Assembly: GCF_964355755.1 (NCBI RefSeq)
Contig: NC_092675.1
Coordinates: forward strand, 19,564,912-19,628,911
DNA: 64,000 nt
Direction: 5' to 3'
Source of the DNA: Antedon mediterranea
Lineage: Eukaryota > Animalia > Echinodermata
How positions within the stretch are numbered: the stretch's first letter is position 1; every line of letters begins with the position of its first letter. Positions 39,767-54,400 of the stretch are shown here, piece after piece. The notes under the pieces are model-generated. The model was not told the origin of the DNA. It did not search any database and was given only the letters and a program-made list of their open reading frames with translations. A program made the translations under genes and the position numbers.

Positions 39767-42700
39767 TTAATTTACTAGCTTGCCTTTTTTAATAGGTTCC
39801 AATTGAAAATCTTGGTTTACAGGAAAAGAACAGTAACGTCTGAAAGTAATAATAATTTTATAAAATATGGTCATTAATAAAATTCAAGTTAGTCAAACCA
39901 AGGCAATCTAACAAAAAGACATTGCGCTCGATAGCTACTCGTAACAGTCTTTGATCTTATGTCTGGCTGCGACAAAATACTACGTGCTATGTATATATTA
40001 TCCACGACGCGCGGTGCCGGTTATGGGGGCGTGGAACTGATCCTGTCGCAGGCACAAAAACCCGTTTATCTCCGGAGCTCAGCATCCTGTTATATTTCCT
40101 TTGTCAAATGGGATTGTAGTAACACATAGGCCTAATGTTATCCGCAAAATATTAAGAACTTTGAAATTTAATTCAGTCTTTCTATCACTCAACATGGAAG
40201 TATGGAACGTTTAAATTGCCAATATGAATGTTGATACTGCAGTTCCCTTTGATTCTACCTCGTCAGATGATCGTTTAATACTGTACTACTGGTTATAGAT
40301 TGTCAATTTCAGTAATAGGGCTTTAAAATTATGTTATACAAATACATATATCATGAATGTTCTTACTTTCTCTTAAGCGTTACAAGAACCAGTATTAAAA
40401 TAAGTACAACAGCAGCAACAAACAACGACGATGGTCCAATGATTATTCCAAATTTTGTAGGCGATTGTTCATCTGTGGATCAAAATGCATGAAAACAATA
40501 AATCTGTTGTATACTTATTTATCGATAATTTTAAGTGTGGTGGACATGACAATTGGACAATTTAATACATATGTATTTTATACCTGTGGTTATTATAGTT
40601 TCTGCTTTTAGAAAAGTTCCACGTTCAGTCGGTGATAATTCCTGTTAAACAAAGATGAAAACAGATAACACATTATAGTCCTACATCCGTCTAAGACTAT
40701 TCAATATTTTTGGTTATAGGAACATATGGAACTGAATCAGCTTGGGTTCAATTCCGTGTGATCACTACCGTACTTTAAACAGTGATTGCCTATTTCGATC
40801 CTATCAGGTTTTATTGGCAAATTCGGAAACGTTTAACCAGCAATCCATCTCAAATAATAATAAAAGTTGACTTTACGGAAACAAAACAAGGAAAGAAGAA
40901 TGTTTAATAATAAAAAAAAATACCTCAGTTTCGTAACCATGTTTTTCAATGAAAAATGTCAAATAATAACTTGAACCTTCGGTTAGAGGAGCGTTGTAGT
41001 AGTCAGCGTAAGTTTCTCCGTTACCAATAATGAACTCAACGGGTACATTGTTGCGCGCGAAAGAAGCCGTGATATAACGATTAGGGTTTTCTTGGTAGTT
41101 CAGGAGAAATTCGTCAACAATACCCTGTCGTTTACCACCAGTTTTCTTTTCAACTAATATTGAATAATTTCTAAAAAATAACAAATAATTGCTTGATTAC
41201 AATGACACAATTAAATACCAAATATTTTAATCTTATAAAGTCCACACATATCAGTACACTATAATTAATACGAATTAATACCTCAATATTAGTAATAATA
41301 AATTACCTCAATTCATAATAAATGTGTGTTCGTTTCTTTTTTAATAGATTTATTCTAAAATTTGAAGTATTAATTTTATTTTCTCATATGTCATGCTTAA
41401 TTATAAATAGGGTGTTAGTTGTTTAGTAAAGTACGATAGATAGTATGATAGTCCCCCTTTTTATTTATATTATTTATTTTAGACAAGCCAAGGTTTATTA
41501 GCACTGTAAATTCCTTTAATATTTTGGACAATAAATGAATCTGCATCTGTATCTGTATATGAGATGGATTGTGATTATCGATCGGTAAATGAGTATACAG
41601 GGGTAATTCAACATACAGAATTGTAATTTGTGAATCAGCCTAAGCCTAAATCATCTTACCTTACATAAATATAATCATCAATGGTTTTCAAATTTACTGT
41701 AATGGTCGTATCTGATCTGGAAACTATTGTCATCTTCGGTTTCCTTTTGGCTATACACAAAAATTAACGATATTATATAGTGAAAATATAGTGTTATACA
41801 CTATCGAGCGTAAAAGCACATCCCAATGCCCTCGCATGCGTACAATTAAGTAATATGTTTTGATCTTCAAAATAGGGAGCATTCGATTATTTGTGACGAC
41901 CTTACAACCTACATTAGGACCACGCATATTGTTTCGTTGTTTGTCGTCTAAACTTAGAATCCACAAAAACTGTGTGAGGAACTTGGAGCGTAAAAGCACA
42001 TTTCAATGCCCACACATGCGCACATTCAATTAATATGTTTTGGTCTTAAAAACTAGGGAGCTTTCGATTTGCGACGACCTTAATTAAAACCTACAGTAGG
42101 ACCACGCATATTGCTTTATTGTTTTGTCGTCTGAACCTAGAATCCACAAAGCTGTATGAGGAATGAAGCGTAAAAACTCATCTCAATGCCTACGCATGCG
42201 CACAATGAATAATGCATGACTGGTCCTTGTATTCGTTGCAATTTCGAATAGCTTCCTAATCTCAGAAACTAAGACTAACCTGCTGGGGCTAGAGTTGTTA
42301 CAGTGAAGTTCACTGGTTCTCCTTCTCCTGCGGAGGTTCTGACAAATATTTCTATTTCATAAACCGTTGCTGGTTCCAAATATTTCAACAAATACGTTTC
42401 AGGAGATTCATTAAGCAATATTGTTGGAAACCAGTCAAAATATATTTCTCCATTAGGCTCAAATATTTTCTGCAACTGCCTATATTTAATCTGTATAAAA
42501 ATGTACAAAATATTTATTAATTACTTTAATAAAATGTAAAACATTACAATTCATTGTAGACATTATAAATGTTATTAACGACTGAAGATTTGTTTAGGCC
42601 TATACATATAACTGTGAATTATTTTTTTTGAGTCGCTGTTTTTTGCATTGCTTATTTTCACTAACACCAGGGAATAGCAATAACCCGGCATTGCAGCCAC

Positions 42701-45700
42701 ACAACACATTTATTATTACGCTTTAACAAACTTAAAATTTCCATTCCCGGAGTATTAATATAAATGTAAAATATAATAATATAATTACTTACATAATAGG
42801 TAACGTTTCTACCCCTTGGGTTGAGTTCATTTTCTAATGATAGCATTACAGCCTGTTCATTCGTGTATAAAACACTTACGTAAACAATATCTGGTTCTAA
42901 AAACAGAAACACATTGTAATTATGCCTAATTCAAACCTTATCAAAATGTGCTTCACTGACTTGTACAAAATAAAATTGTTATCATTTTCAAGAAACAAGT
43001 AATCATAAGTTTAATATCAAATATTAACGCAGAGCCTCCCTTTAACAAGAGTTCAGTAACTAAAAAAAACACAAGTAGGCCTACTATTTGTTTTTAAAAA
43101 AACTATTTCTTGAGATAATAATAATTCAACTTCAATAAGCTGATTAACTTAGGGAGGCTCAGAGACAACTAGAAACTAGGACTACTGGAAAATAACAATA
43201 AAACAAAGGTATTTACTGGTATAAATTTTAGTTTCAAGACTCATTGGTCCGATTCCCACAGATGTAAATGCCGCAACCTAGAACAAAATAATAATAATAA
43301 TATATATATAAAGTAAACAAGTAATAAATTAGTAAAAAGTCTTTGAATAAATTGGTATTGATATTTCCGCTACTTCCAACAAATTATCATTGTCATAATT
43401 GTTATTACTATAATCATCATCATCATCATCACTAAAGTAATCGTTATCTTGTCCCCACTGTTATTAACATTATCATTGTAACCATCCTCGCTATCCTTAC
43501 CCACGTAAATGCCGTTTCATCACCGTCATTGACATTACCAACCAATATTAACATTACCTGAACGGCGTAATGCTTATTTGCCTGTAGGTTGTCAACAGTG
43601 TACCAATATCGGGTATTAGCACCATGGTGTTCTATGGTATCATATTTGAGTTGATAGGTACGATTCCTTTTGTCTAGCGTGATGTAGTTAATCATGTAAC
43701 CGATCACTATACCATTTGTTGGATTTGGTGATATCCAACACAGACGGAATGAAAATGCTGTCATATTAAAAATTATTACATTTCTTGGTACCGTTGGAAC
43801 TAAATAAATAGAAAATGTTATTATTAATAATTTATTTTGTATAGTTTAATTTGCATGGTAGGGTACACTAACTGTTATATATTTCATATATATATTTATG
43901 AAATGTGTGAATGTTACTGTGAGTGAATGGCCGTAATTACGTGGGCTTAATTACGTAGCCATAACATCGGCAGGGGTTCGAGGTGGTAGAACGAGTCTTC
44001 TCGGATAAGAAATATAGACCGTAGGTCCAGTGTACACATCTAGCTCATGTGTACTTTAAAGAACCTAGTAGTAGAACATCTTTTGAGACGAGTAGAGGAT
44101 TATTCCGGTGTATTAGTACATCACAGCCACTGATCATATCTGGGCCCTCTGGGAGACCAGTCTTTGACTGAAGAGGTCGCCCAGTATAAATAAAGTATTT
44201 TAATTCAATTCTACTTCTCTTACTTGATTCAAGAGTTTTTATTTGTAGTTCACTTGTTACACCTTTTCCAATAGATGTTAATCCAAATATATAGATAAAG
44301 TATTGCGTGAATGGTGTAAGATATGAAATTGAACAGTTCAATCCTGGTCTTTCCACTTCAGTAAAATATATAAGCGTGTCTTCAGCAGACAGAACGTTCA
44401 ATTTGTAGCTTTGGACAAATCCATTCCTGTATCCACACTCTATTTCTGTCCATGCAACGCTTACAGAATCTGCCGTTACCGATGTAATGCGTACCCGTGG
44501 ACCTCTTGTTGGAACTACATTACAAAGACAATTATATTAAGCTGTTACTGTTAGTGATCTCTGTATCACCAAGTATGTCACATCGTTTCGTTTGGATACC
44601 ATTACACAATGACAACTATTGACATGTCATTGCTTTTGACAAAATATAGTAGTAGTTACATTTACTTTTTACCTTGTTGTGGAGTCATAATTTCCACACT
44701 AGTCTGTGGACCAATTCCCGCTGCTGATTCAGCACTAATAGTCACGTGATATGTTGAAAATGGCTCTAAACGTAACAAATCCAGATTAGGTTCTTTCACT
44801 GTTAAACTTTGGTTTCTATCTGATGGTTGACATTGGTCTATTTTTATCAAATTCAAATGAATGTGGTATTGTAACATTTCACAGGTCAAAGGTGAAGGAG
44901 CATCCCATACCAAGTTTGTTTCGTTTACTACAATATTTGCTACACGTTCTGGAACTAAACAGAATTAGTTTGTTAAACTTAATAAATTACAAAAGAAATG
45001 ATATGCAGTAATTGTAAACGGTTGCAAAGTAGAAACTATGGAATTGGAAAAGTCAAGGAAAATATAAACATCAAATAATTAAATAGAAATACCTTCAGCT
45101 GCCGTTATTGCTGAAATAGTTTCACTGTTTGGTCCCTGTCTCCCAGAACCTCTTCCACTAACAGTGAATGTATAAGATGTACATGGAATTAAGTGTGTTA
45201 TCGTCACAGACATAGTGTTGACCACATCTTGTTCTACAACACTGGAGTTGTTTCTTAATGTATAATTGTAACTTTGTATAACGCCTCTTCTTTCTCCACA
45301 TGGAATCTCTTGCCATGAAAACATCAATGCTCGTGGATTGGTTGAGTTCTTGATTGTGACATTAGCAGGTGATGCCGTTGCGTCTAAGAAAAATAAAGTT
45401 GTAATTCAGTATTAGTCATATACTGGTAATGATGATACGTCACTTACCGAAAATATGTTCATATTTACCGTTTTTTATGTAAGTATTTAAATTGTTTGAA
45501 ATGGTAAATTACCTTTTGGGGGAGTTATAATTTCCACAGTAGTCTGTGGACCAATTCCCGCTGCTGATTCTGCACTAATAGTCACGTGATATGTTGAATA
45601 TGGCTCCATATGTAACAAATCGAGATTAGGTTCTTTCACTGTAAAACTTTGGTTTCTATCCGATGATTGACATTGGTCTATTTTTATCAAATTTAAATGA

Positions 45701-48372
45701 ATGTGGTATTGTAACATTTCACAGGTCAAAGGTGAAGGAGCATCCCATACCAAGTTTGTTTCGTTTACTCTAATGTTTGCTACACGTTCTGGAACTAAAA
45801 GCAGAAACATTGTTTAAAATTGTAAATTACTTTTAAAAAAAACAAAAGCATGCAGTTGCGTTGTAGAAACTATGGAATCGGAGAAGAATAGAAATATCTA
45901 ATATTAAATTGTAATACCTTCAGCCGCCGTTACTACTGTAATATTTTCACTGTTTGGTCCCTGTCTCCCAGAACCTCTTCCACTAACAGTGAATGTATAA
46001 GATGTACATGGAATTAAGTGTGTTATCGTCACAGACATAGTGTTGACCACATCTTGTTCTACAACACTGGAGTTGTTTCTTAATGCATAATTGTAACTTT
46101 GTATAACGCCTCTTCTTTCTCCACATGGAATCTCTTGCCATGAAAACATCAATGCTCGTGGATTTGTTGAGTTCTTGATTGTGACATTAGAAGGTGATGC
46201 CGTTGCGTCTAAGAAAAATAAAGTTGTAATTCAGTATTAGTCATATACTGGTAATGATTATACATCACTTACCGAAAATATGTTCATATTTACCGTTTTT
46301 TATGTAAGTATTTAAATTGTTTGAAATGGTAAATTACCTTTTGGGGGAGTTATAATTTCCACAGTAGTAGTCTGTGGACCAATTCCCGCTGCTGATTCTC
46401 CACTAATAGTCACGTGATATGTTGAATATGACTCTAAACGTAACAAATCCAGATTAGGTTCTTTCACAGTAAAACTTTGGTTTCTATCCGATGATTGACA
46501 TTGGTCTATTTTTATCAAATTGAAATGAATGTGGTATTGTAACATGTCACAGGTCAGAGGTGAAGGGGCATACCATACCAAGTTTGTTTCGTTTACTCTA
46601 ATGTTTGCTACACGTTCTGGAACTAAAAGCAGAAACATTGTTTAAAATTGTAAATTACTTTAAAAAAAAAACAAAAGCATGCAGTTGCGTTGTAGAAACT
46701 ATGGAATCGGAGAAGAATAGAAATATCTAATATTAAATTGTAATACCTTCAGCTGCCGTTATTACTGTAATGTTTTCACTGTTTGGTCCCTGTCTCCCAG
46801 AACCTCTTCCACTAACAGTGAATGTATAAGATGTACATGGAATTAAGTGTGTTATCGTCACAGACATAGTGTTGACCACATCTTGTTCTACAACACTGGA
46901 GTTGTTTCTTAATGTATAATTGTAACTTTGTATAACGCCTCTTCTTTCTCCACATGGAATCTCTTGCCATGAAAACACCAATGCTCGTGGATTTGTTGAG
47001 TTCTTGATTGTGACATTTGGAGGTGATACCGTTGCGTCTAAGACAAATGAAGTTGTAATTCAGTAAGACATATACTGGTAATGCTACATCATTTACCGGA
47101 AATATATGTTCATATTTACCATTTTGTTATGTAAGTATTTAAATTGTTTGAAATGGTAAATTACCTTTTGGTGGAGTTGTAATTTCCACAGTAGTCTGTG
47201 GACCAATTCCCGCTGCTGATTCTGCACTAATAGTCACGTGATATGTTGAATATGACTCTAAACGTACCAAATCCAGATTAGGTTCTTTCACTGTAAAACT
47301 GTGGTTTCTATCTGATGGTTGACATTGGTCTATTTTTATCAAGTTTAAATGAATGTGGTACCGTAACATTTCACAGGTCAAAGGTGAAGGAGCATCCCAT
47401 ACCAAGTTTGTTTCGTTTACTACAATATTTGCTACACGTTCTGGAACTAAACAGAAAGAGTTTGTTAAATTTCATAATTTACAAAAAAAATGATATGCAG
47501 TAATTGTAAACGGTTGCAAAGTAGAAACTATGGAATTGGAAAAGTCAATAAAAATATAAACATCAATTAATTAAATTGTAATACCTTCAGCTGCCGTTAT
47601 TGCTGTAATAGTTTCACTGTTTGGTCCCTGTCTCCCAGAACCTCTTCCACTAACAGTGAATGTATAAGATGTACATGGAATTAAGTGTGTTATCGTCACA
47701 GACATAGTGTTGTCCACATCTTGTTCTACAACACTGGAGTTGTTTCTTAATGTATAATTGTAACTTTGTATAACGCCTCTTCTTTCTCTACATGGAATCT
47801 CTTGCCATGAAAACATCAATGCTCGTGGATTTGTTGAGTTCTTAAGTGTGACATTTGCAGGTGATGCCGTTGCGCCTAAGAAAAATAAAGTTTTAAATGA
47901 GGATCTCATTATAATGGTAATGATACTTTATTTACAGAAAAAATGAAAAATGTTACTATTTACCGTTTATGTTATGTAAGTATTTAAATTGTTTGAAATG
48001 GTAACTTACCTTTTTGTGGAGTTGTAATTGCCACAGTAATCTGTGGACCTATTCCCGCTGCTGATTCTGCACTAATAGTCACGTAATATGTTGAATATGG
48101 CTCTAAACGTAACAACTCCAGATTAGGTTCTTTCACTGTAAAACTGTGGTTTCTATCCGATGGTTGACATTGGTCTATTTTTATCAAATTTAAATGAATG
48201 TGGTATTGTAACATTTCACAGGTCAAAGGTGAAGGAGCATCCCATACCAAGTTTGTTTCGATTACTACAATATTTGCTACACGTTCTGGAACTAAACATA
48301 AATAGTTTGTTAAATTTAATAAGTGTGAACGATTGTAAAGTTTGTAGAAACTATGGAATCGTAAAAGTAAAA

Positions 48373-48412
<40 letters not shown>

Positions 48413-51400
48413 AAAACATAATTATCTTGTAATTAAATTGTAATACCTTCAGCTGCCGTTATTGCTGTAAATATTTCACTGTTTGGTCCCTGCCTCCCAG
48501 AACCTCTTCCACTAACAGTGAATGTATAAGATGTACATGGAATTAAGTGTGTTATCGTCACAGACATAGTGTTGACCACATTTTGTTCTACAACACTGGA
48601 GTTGTTTCTTAATGTATAATTGTAACTTTGTATAATGCCTCTTCTTTCTCCACATGGAATCTCTTGCCATGTGAACACTAATGCTTGTGGATTTGTTGAG
48701 TTCTTAAGTGTGACATTTGCAGGTGATGCCGTTGCGTCTAAGAAAAAATAAAGTTTTAAATCAGGAAATCATTACAATGATAATGATACATTATTTACCG
48801 AAAAAAATGTTACTATTTACCGTTTGTGTTATGTAAGTATTTAAATTGTGTGAAATGGTAAATTACCTTTTGGTGGAGTTATAATTTCCACAGTAGTCCG
48901 TGGACCTATTCCCGCTGCTGATTCTGCACTAATAGTCACGTGATATGTTGAATATGGCTCTAAACGTAACAACTCCAGATTAGGTTCTTTCACTGTAAAA
49001 CTTTGGTTTCTATCCGATGGTTGACATTGGTCTATTTTTATCAAATTTAAATGAATGTGGTATTGTAACATTTCACAGGTAAGAGGTGAAGGGGCATCCC
49101 ATACCAAGTTTGTTTCGTTTACTCCAATGTTTGCTACACGTTCTGGAACTAAAAGCAGAAACATCATTTAAAATTGTAAATTACTAAAAAAAAAAGAAGC
49201 ATACAGTTGCGTTATAGAAACTATGGAATCGGAGAAGAATATAAATATCTTATAATCAAATTGAAATACCTTCAGCTGCAGTTATTGCTGTAATAGTTTT
49301 ACTGTTTGGTCCCTGTCTCCCAGAACCTCTTCCACTAACAGTGAATGTATAAGATGTACATGGAATTAAGTGTGTTATCGTCACAGACATAGTGTTGACC
49401 ACATCTTGTTCTACAACACTGGAGTTGTTTCTTAATGTATAATTGTAACTTTGTATAACGCCTCTTCTTTCTCCACATGGAATCTCTTGCCATGTGAACA
49501 CCAATGCTTGTGGATTTGTTGAGTTCTTAAGTGTGACATTTGCAGGCGATGCAGTTGCGTCTAAGCAAAATAAAGTTGTATTTAAGGAAGTCTTATGGGT
49601 ATTAATACATTATTTACCGGTAAATACTGTATGTACATATTTACCGTTTTTGTTTTGATAGTATTTAAATTGTTTGAAAGGGTAACTTACCTTTTTGTGG
49701 AGTTGTAATTTCCACAGTAGACCTTGGACCAATTCCCGCTGCTGATTCTGCACTAATAGTCACGTGATATGTTGAATATGACTCTAAACGTAACAACTCC
49801 AGATTAGGTTCCTTCACTGTAAAACTGTGGTTTCTATCTGATGGTTGACATTGGTCTATTTTTATCAAATTTAAATGAATGTGGTATTGTAACATTTCAC
49901 AGGTCAAAGGTGAAGGAGCATCCCATACCAAGTTTGTTTCGATTACTACAATATTTGCTACACGTTCTGGAACTAAACATAAATAGTTTGTTAAATTTAA
50001 TAAGTGTGAACGATTGTAAAGTTGTAGAAACTATGGAATCGAACTATCGAAATATATATATATAAAGAAAATATAAATATCTTGTAATTAAATTGTAATA
50101 CCTTCAGCTGCAGTTATTGCTGTAAATATTTCACTGTTTGGTCCCTGTCTCCCAGAACCTCTTCCACTAACAGTGAATGTATAAGATGTACATGGAATTA
50201 AGTGTGTTATCGTCACAGACATAGTGTTGACCACATTTTGTTCTACAACACTGGAGTTGTTTCTTAATGTATAATTGTAACTTTGTATAACGCCTCTTCT
50301 TTCTCCACATGGGATCTCTTGCCATGAAAACATCAATTCTCGTGGATTTGTTGAGTTCTTGCGTGTGACATTTGCAGGCGGTGCCGTTGCGTCTAAGTAA
50401 ATTAAAGTTGTAATTTAGGATTTTTATTATAATACATTATGTACCTGTAAGTATTTTTTTTCTTTTGTGGTTCACCACCACAACATTTATTCATTCAATG
50501 TTTCATTACATAATTTCTAAACATTTTCTACCTCTTTTCATTATTTTCTGTTTTTCATTAATATCATAATTTTACCGGTAAATATCTTCATGCAGTAGCA
50601 GCATCAAAGAACTATTTGTGTACGTGTAATAGTGCGGCTCAAAACATATATATAGAAACATATTCGTGAAATAAGTAAGTATTTCTTTTTGTATTTACCT
50701 TTTTGTGGAGTTGTAACTTCCACAGTAGTCTGTTGACCAATTCCCACAGCTGATTCAGCACTAATAGTCATGCGATATGTTGAATATGGTTCCAAAATTA
50801 ACATGTCCATTTCTGTTTCCTGAACTGTTACTTTCTTCTGTCTGTCTGTTCGTTGACACTGGTCTATTACAGTTAATCTTAAACCAATGTGGTACTGTGA
50901 TATTTTACAGGTCAACGGCGAAGGTGCGGTCCACATCAAGTTGGTTTGAGCTTTAACAATATTTTCTACATGGCTTGGAACTAAACATAAAATATCTTGA
51001 AACTAACGGCTCAAATAACAAATTACAAACTACTATTTTTTTTTTAGGAATTAGACGATTCCACAAACATGTCTTTCTTTATTCATTATACGAAAAGCCA
51101 CACGGCGCATTTCACATTTTGGACATGACGATTTCTTTTTCTAAATACGTGTAAATAGATGTTTAGTTTGTGCTGCTTGGTTTGTATAATTATAATCATG
51201 TAGGCCTACCTACAATAAAGCTATGAACATGATTCTTACCAAGACAGGGCACTGTAAAATTAACCAACGGACTTGGTGGACCAGTTCCTTTAACACCGGG
51301 TCGCACGGCACGTACATCAAATGTGTATGTTTTCCCGCGCTGCAAATTTCTGTCTATCACAATATTGGTTGTTGAACTCAAAGAACCTTCAATAAACGGA

Positions 51401-54400
51401 GTCAAGTAAGTTCTGCCAGTCACTGATGAATATGTCACGTAATATCCTATCACTGGACCATCTCCTCTGCCAACACTCCATGGAATCCATGATATTGTCA
51501 ACGTGGAATCTGACGCCGTTACTCTAGGTTGACTGGTCATTATAGGTTGATCTAACGGTTAAGAAGATTTTTGTTTTGCTAATTTTTTTCTGCTCAACAT
51601 TTAATATTTTAACAGTTTGTTTAATTGAAAAAGCATTGATAATGCAATTAATAATAATATGTATTTAGCAAGATCAAACATTATAGTTCAAATACAGGCA
51701 TAGCCGGGGTTTAGGACGAAGTAACATCGACAATGGCATATTGACGAAATGTCGGAATTACTGCATGTCAATATGAATGGTGAGAATAACGAACGGCCAC
51801 TAGTGAGGTTATTACATTATTGTATTGTATGTTTCTTTTAATAATTCTGAAAAAAGGAATAGCATTAGGCTGTAATACCATAAATTGTGACACCCATTTT
51901 AGCATCAGCATCACCGGAAATACTTGAAAATGCTTGGCAATTGAAAACGTCTCCTTTTTCAACACTAACATCTTGGAACTCTACGGTTCTTGTATTCTTG
52001 CTTTGTGATACCATAGACACACCATTCTCAAGGATTACATCATCGTTTTTCTGTACTCGTATATCTCCAAGTGGAGGTATTGGATTAGCCTTCACAATAC
52101 ACGTGATAGTTATCGAAGCTCCGCGATTACTCTCAGGAATGATAAGTTCCACTGTTGTGGGTTTTCTTCCATCTATAATTGATCAAATATATTTGTAGTA
52201 ACCCAATGGTTTATTCAGCAGAATTAAATTAATTATTATTGTCCGCCAAAATTATGCGTTGTGGTTGGGGGGGGGGGGATACTTTACGTTTGAATATATA
52301 ATCAGTAAGTAATTTTACAGTATTACAGATTGGGCAGTAGGGTTTCTGTTTATAAATCATCAGTGGAATACTAGACCTTACCGAGTTGGCAATTATTCCC
52401 TGTCCATGGAGGTTTACATCCCACACTTCCACAGTTGCCGGTGTCTTTATCGCATGGTCTATTATCGGTACAGTGACAATGATATCGACATAGTTCTCCA
52501 TGCCATCCATTGGGACAAACGTTATGCACTACAAATTAAAAATACTGCTACCTATAGTTGGCATTTAGTGTACTGTATTGTTTGTAATGTTTGGAAGGTC
52601 TGCCTTCAATAACATGTGAAGTGTACAACGTTGATGAACTACACAAAAGACATTTGCATTGTTATATACAAGCATATCCTGATTGAGTTTAATCTAACTG
52701 TGGAATATGTTATTCTTTACTTCTGTAGACCATGTTTGTTTGGTTTCGTAAATAATTGTTAAGGCCAATTTAAACAGGCGAGCGGTAACAGTAAGCAGTA
52801 AACGGTAGTAGGGAGGTTTCCCAACCTTACGAATACGATAACGAAAACGGATACGTCATACATTTGTGAAACTTTTGAGCTGATCCCCATTTCATATTCG
52901 TAAAGCGTATTCGTGTTGACGAATATCACCAGTCATATTCGTAACTACAAAACGAGTATAGTTTTTGATCTATTTTGCACATTTTGCATTTGAATCAGGA
53001 ATGATTCGTGATTATAATATAATTATAGATTTATTGAAAGTAATTTACTAAAGTAATTTACTAAAATACCAAGTCAATTTTGATTAATAGCAGTTTTTAA
53101 AGTCCTCACTCGCTTTGATGTTACGCAACACGAACCTGCGCTTCGCTCAAATTTACCGCAGTCATATTTTGGACGCGCCTCAATATTTCGTTGCCATGCG
53201 AAACAGATTTTTTTATGGCTTACGAAAACGAATACGTGTGCGTGGCGTATTCGTAAGATTGCGAAACCTCTCTAATATAGGCGGAGAACAACAATATATG
53301 ATCTATGTTATTTCTTATGATCATTTACACAAAACGCAGAAGCAGACAGGCGGTTGAGCAAAAAAAAACACGCTGAGAATAGATACAGATTCTATGTGGG
53401 ACAAGTTACGCGGTTTTCTCTGACCGTTACCGCTCGCTGTGTAAATTGGCCTTTAGTCGAATCCTTCACGTTATAATGACGAAAGGGCGTGGTAAAACAT
53501 TGGCGTTATATATTTTTCTTGTGAAACGCTTATTATATAATCAGGGAAGAGTAAATATAATAATATTAATCTACATATTTTGGGATTGTAAACCTTGACA
53601 GTTTGTTCCAGAATATCCAGTCTCACATGGTCCATTTGGACAGCCTCTGCTTGGATCACATGTCACACCAGGAGCACAGTGGCATACTTCACTACAAGTT
53701 GATCCGTAATAGCCAGTTTTACATCCTGAAAGACAACGGAGTAGGCCTATGCTTTACAATTCAACTATAATTACATAATCGATATTTGCTACTTTATATT
53801 TTGGAATGTATTTATCTTTTTTTATTTTGAAATAATGAACCGACGAAGTAGCGACAAATAGACAGAAAAAAACAATTCATAACAAACTAATCTAAGCAGC
53901 AGAACTACAGTACATTCTGTGTCCTAATTTAAAGGCCCATTTACACTAGGACGATAACGATCGACGCTAAATAATATGCATTTTTCCTACATAAAACAAA
54001 AGAAAAAAGGTTTTCAGCCTACAACTATATATAGAATAACCATTTTATGCTGCCTTTGATGAAAATAATATTTTCACACGTCCAATCAAATGACGTCATG
54101 ATTAAGGGCAATAATATCGTGACGATACAACGATTTTATTGTTCTTAATAATATCATTTGATTGGATTTGAAAAAAAAAAGAAATTGTATTTTTGTATAT
54201 TTTTGTATTTTTACCTTCTGTACAACCAAGACCTGTATAACCAGCCATACACGAGCATCCAATTGGGTCTGGAACACACATCAACACATTAGGACAACCC
54301 GGGTTAGAACTGCTACAAACATTACGACACGACAAACCCCAATTGTTGTTACCACAACCTAATCATACGGGGGAAAGTTAAGAAAAAAAAATAAAACCGT

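Noticed and set aside
44823-50065. Repeated plus-strand ORFs (MVDIGLFLS...)
   Set aside because: Antisense shadows of the FN3 A exons.
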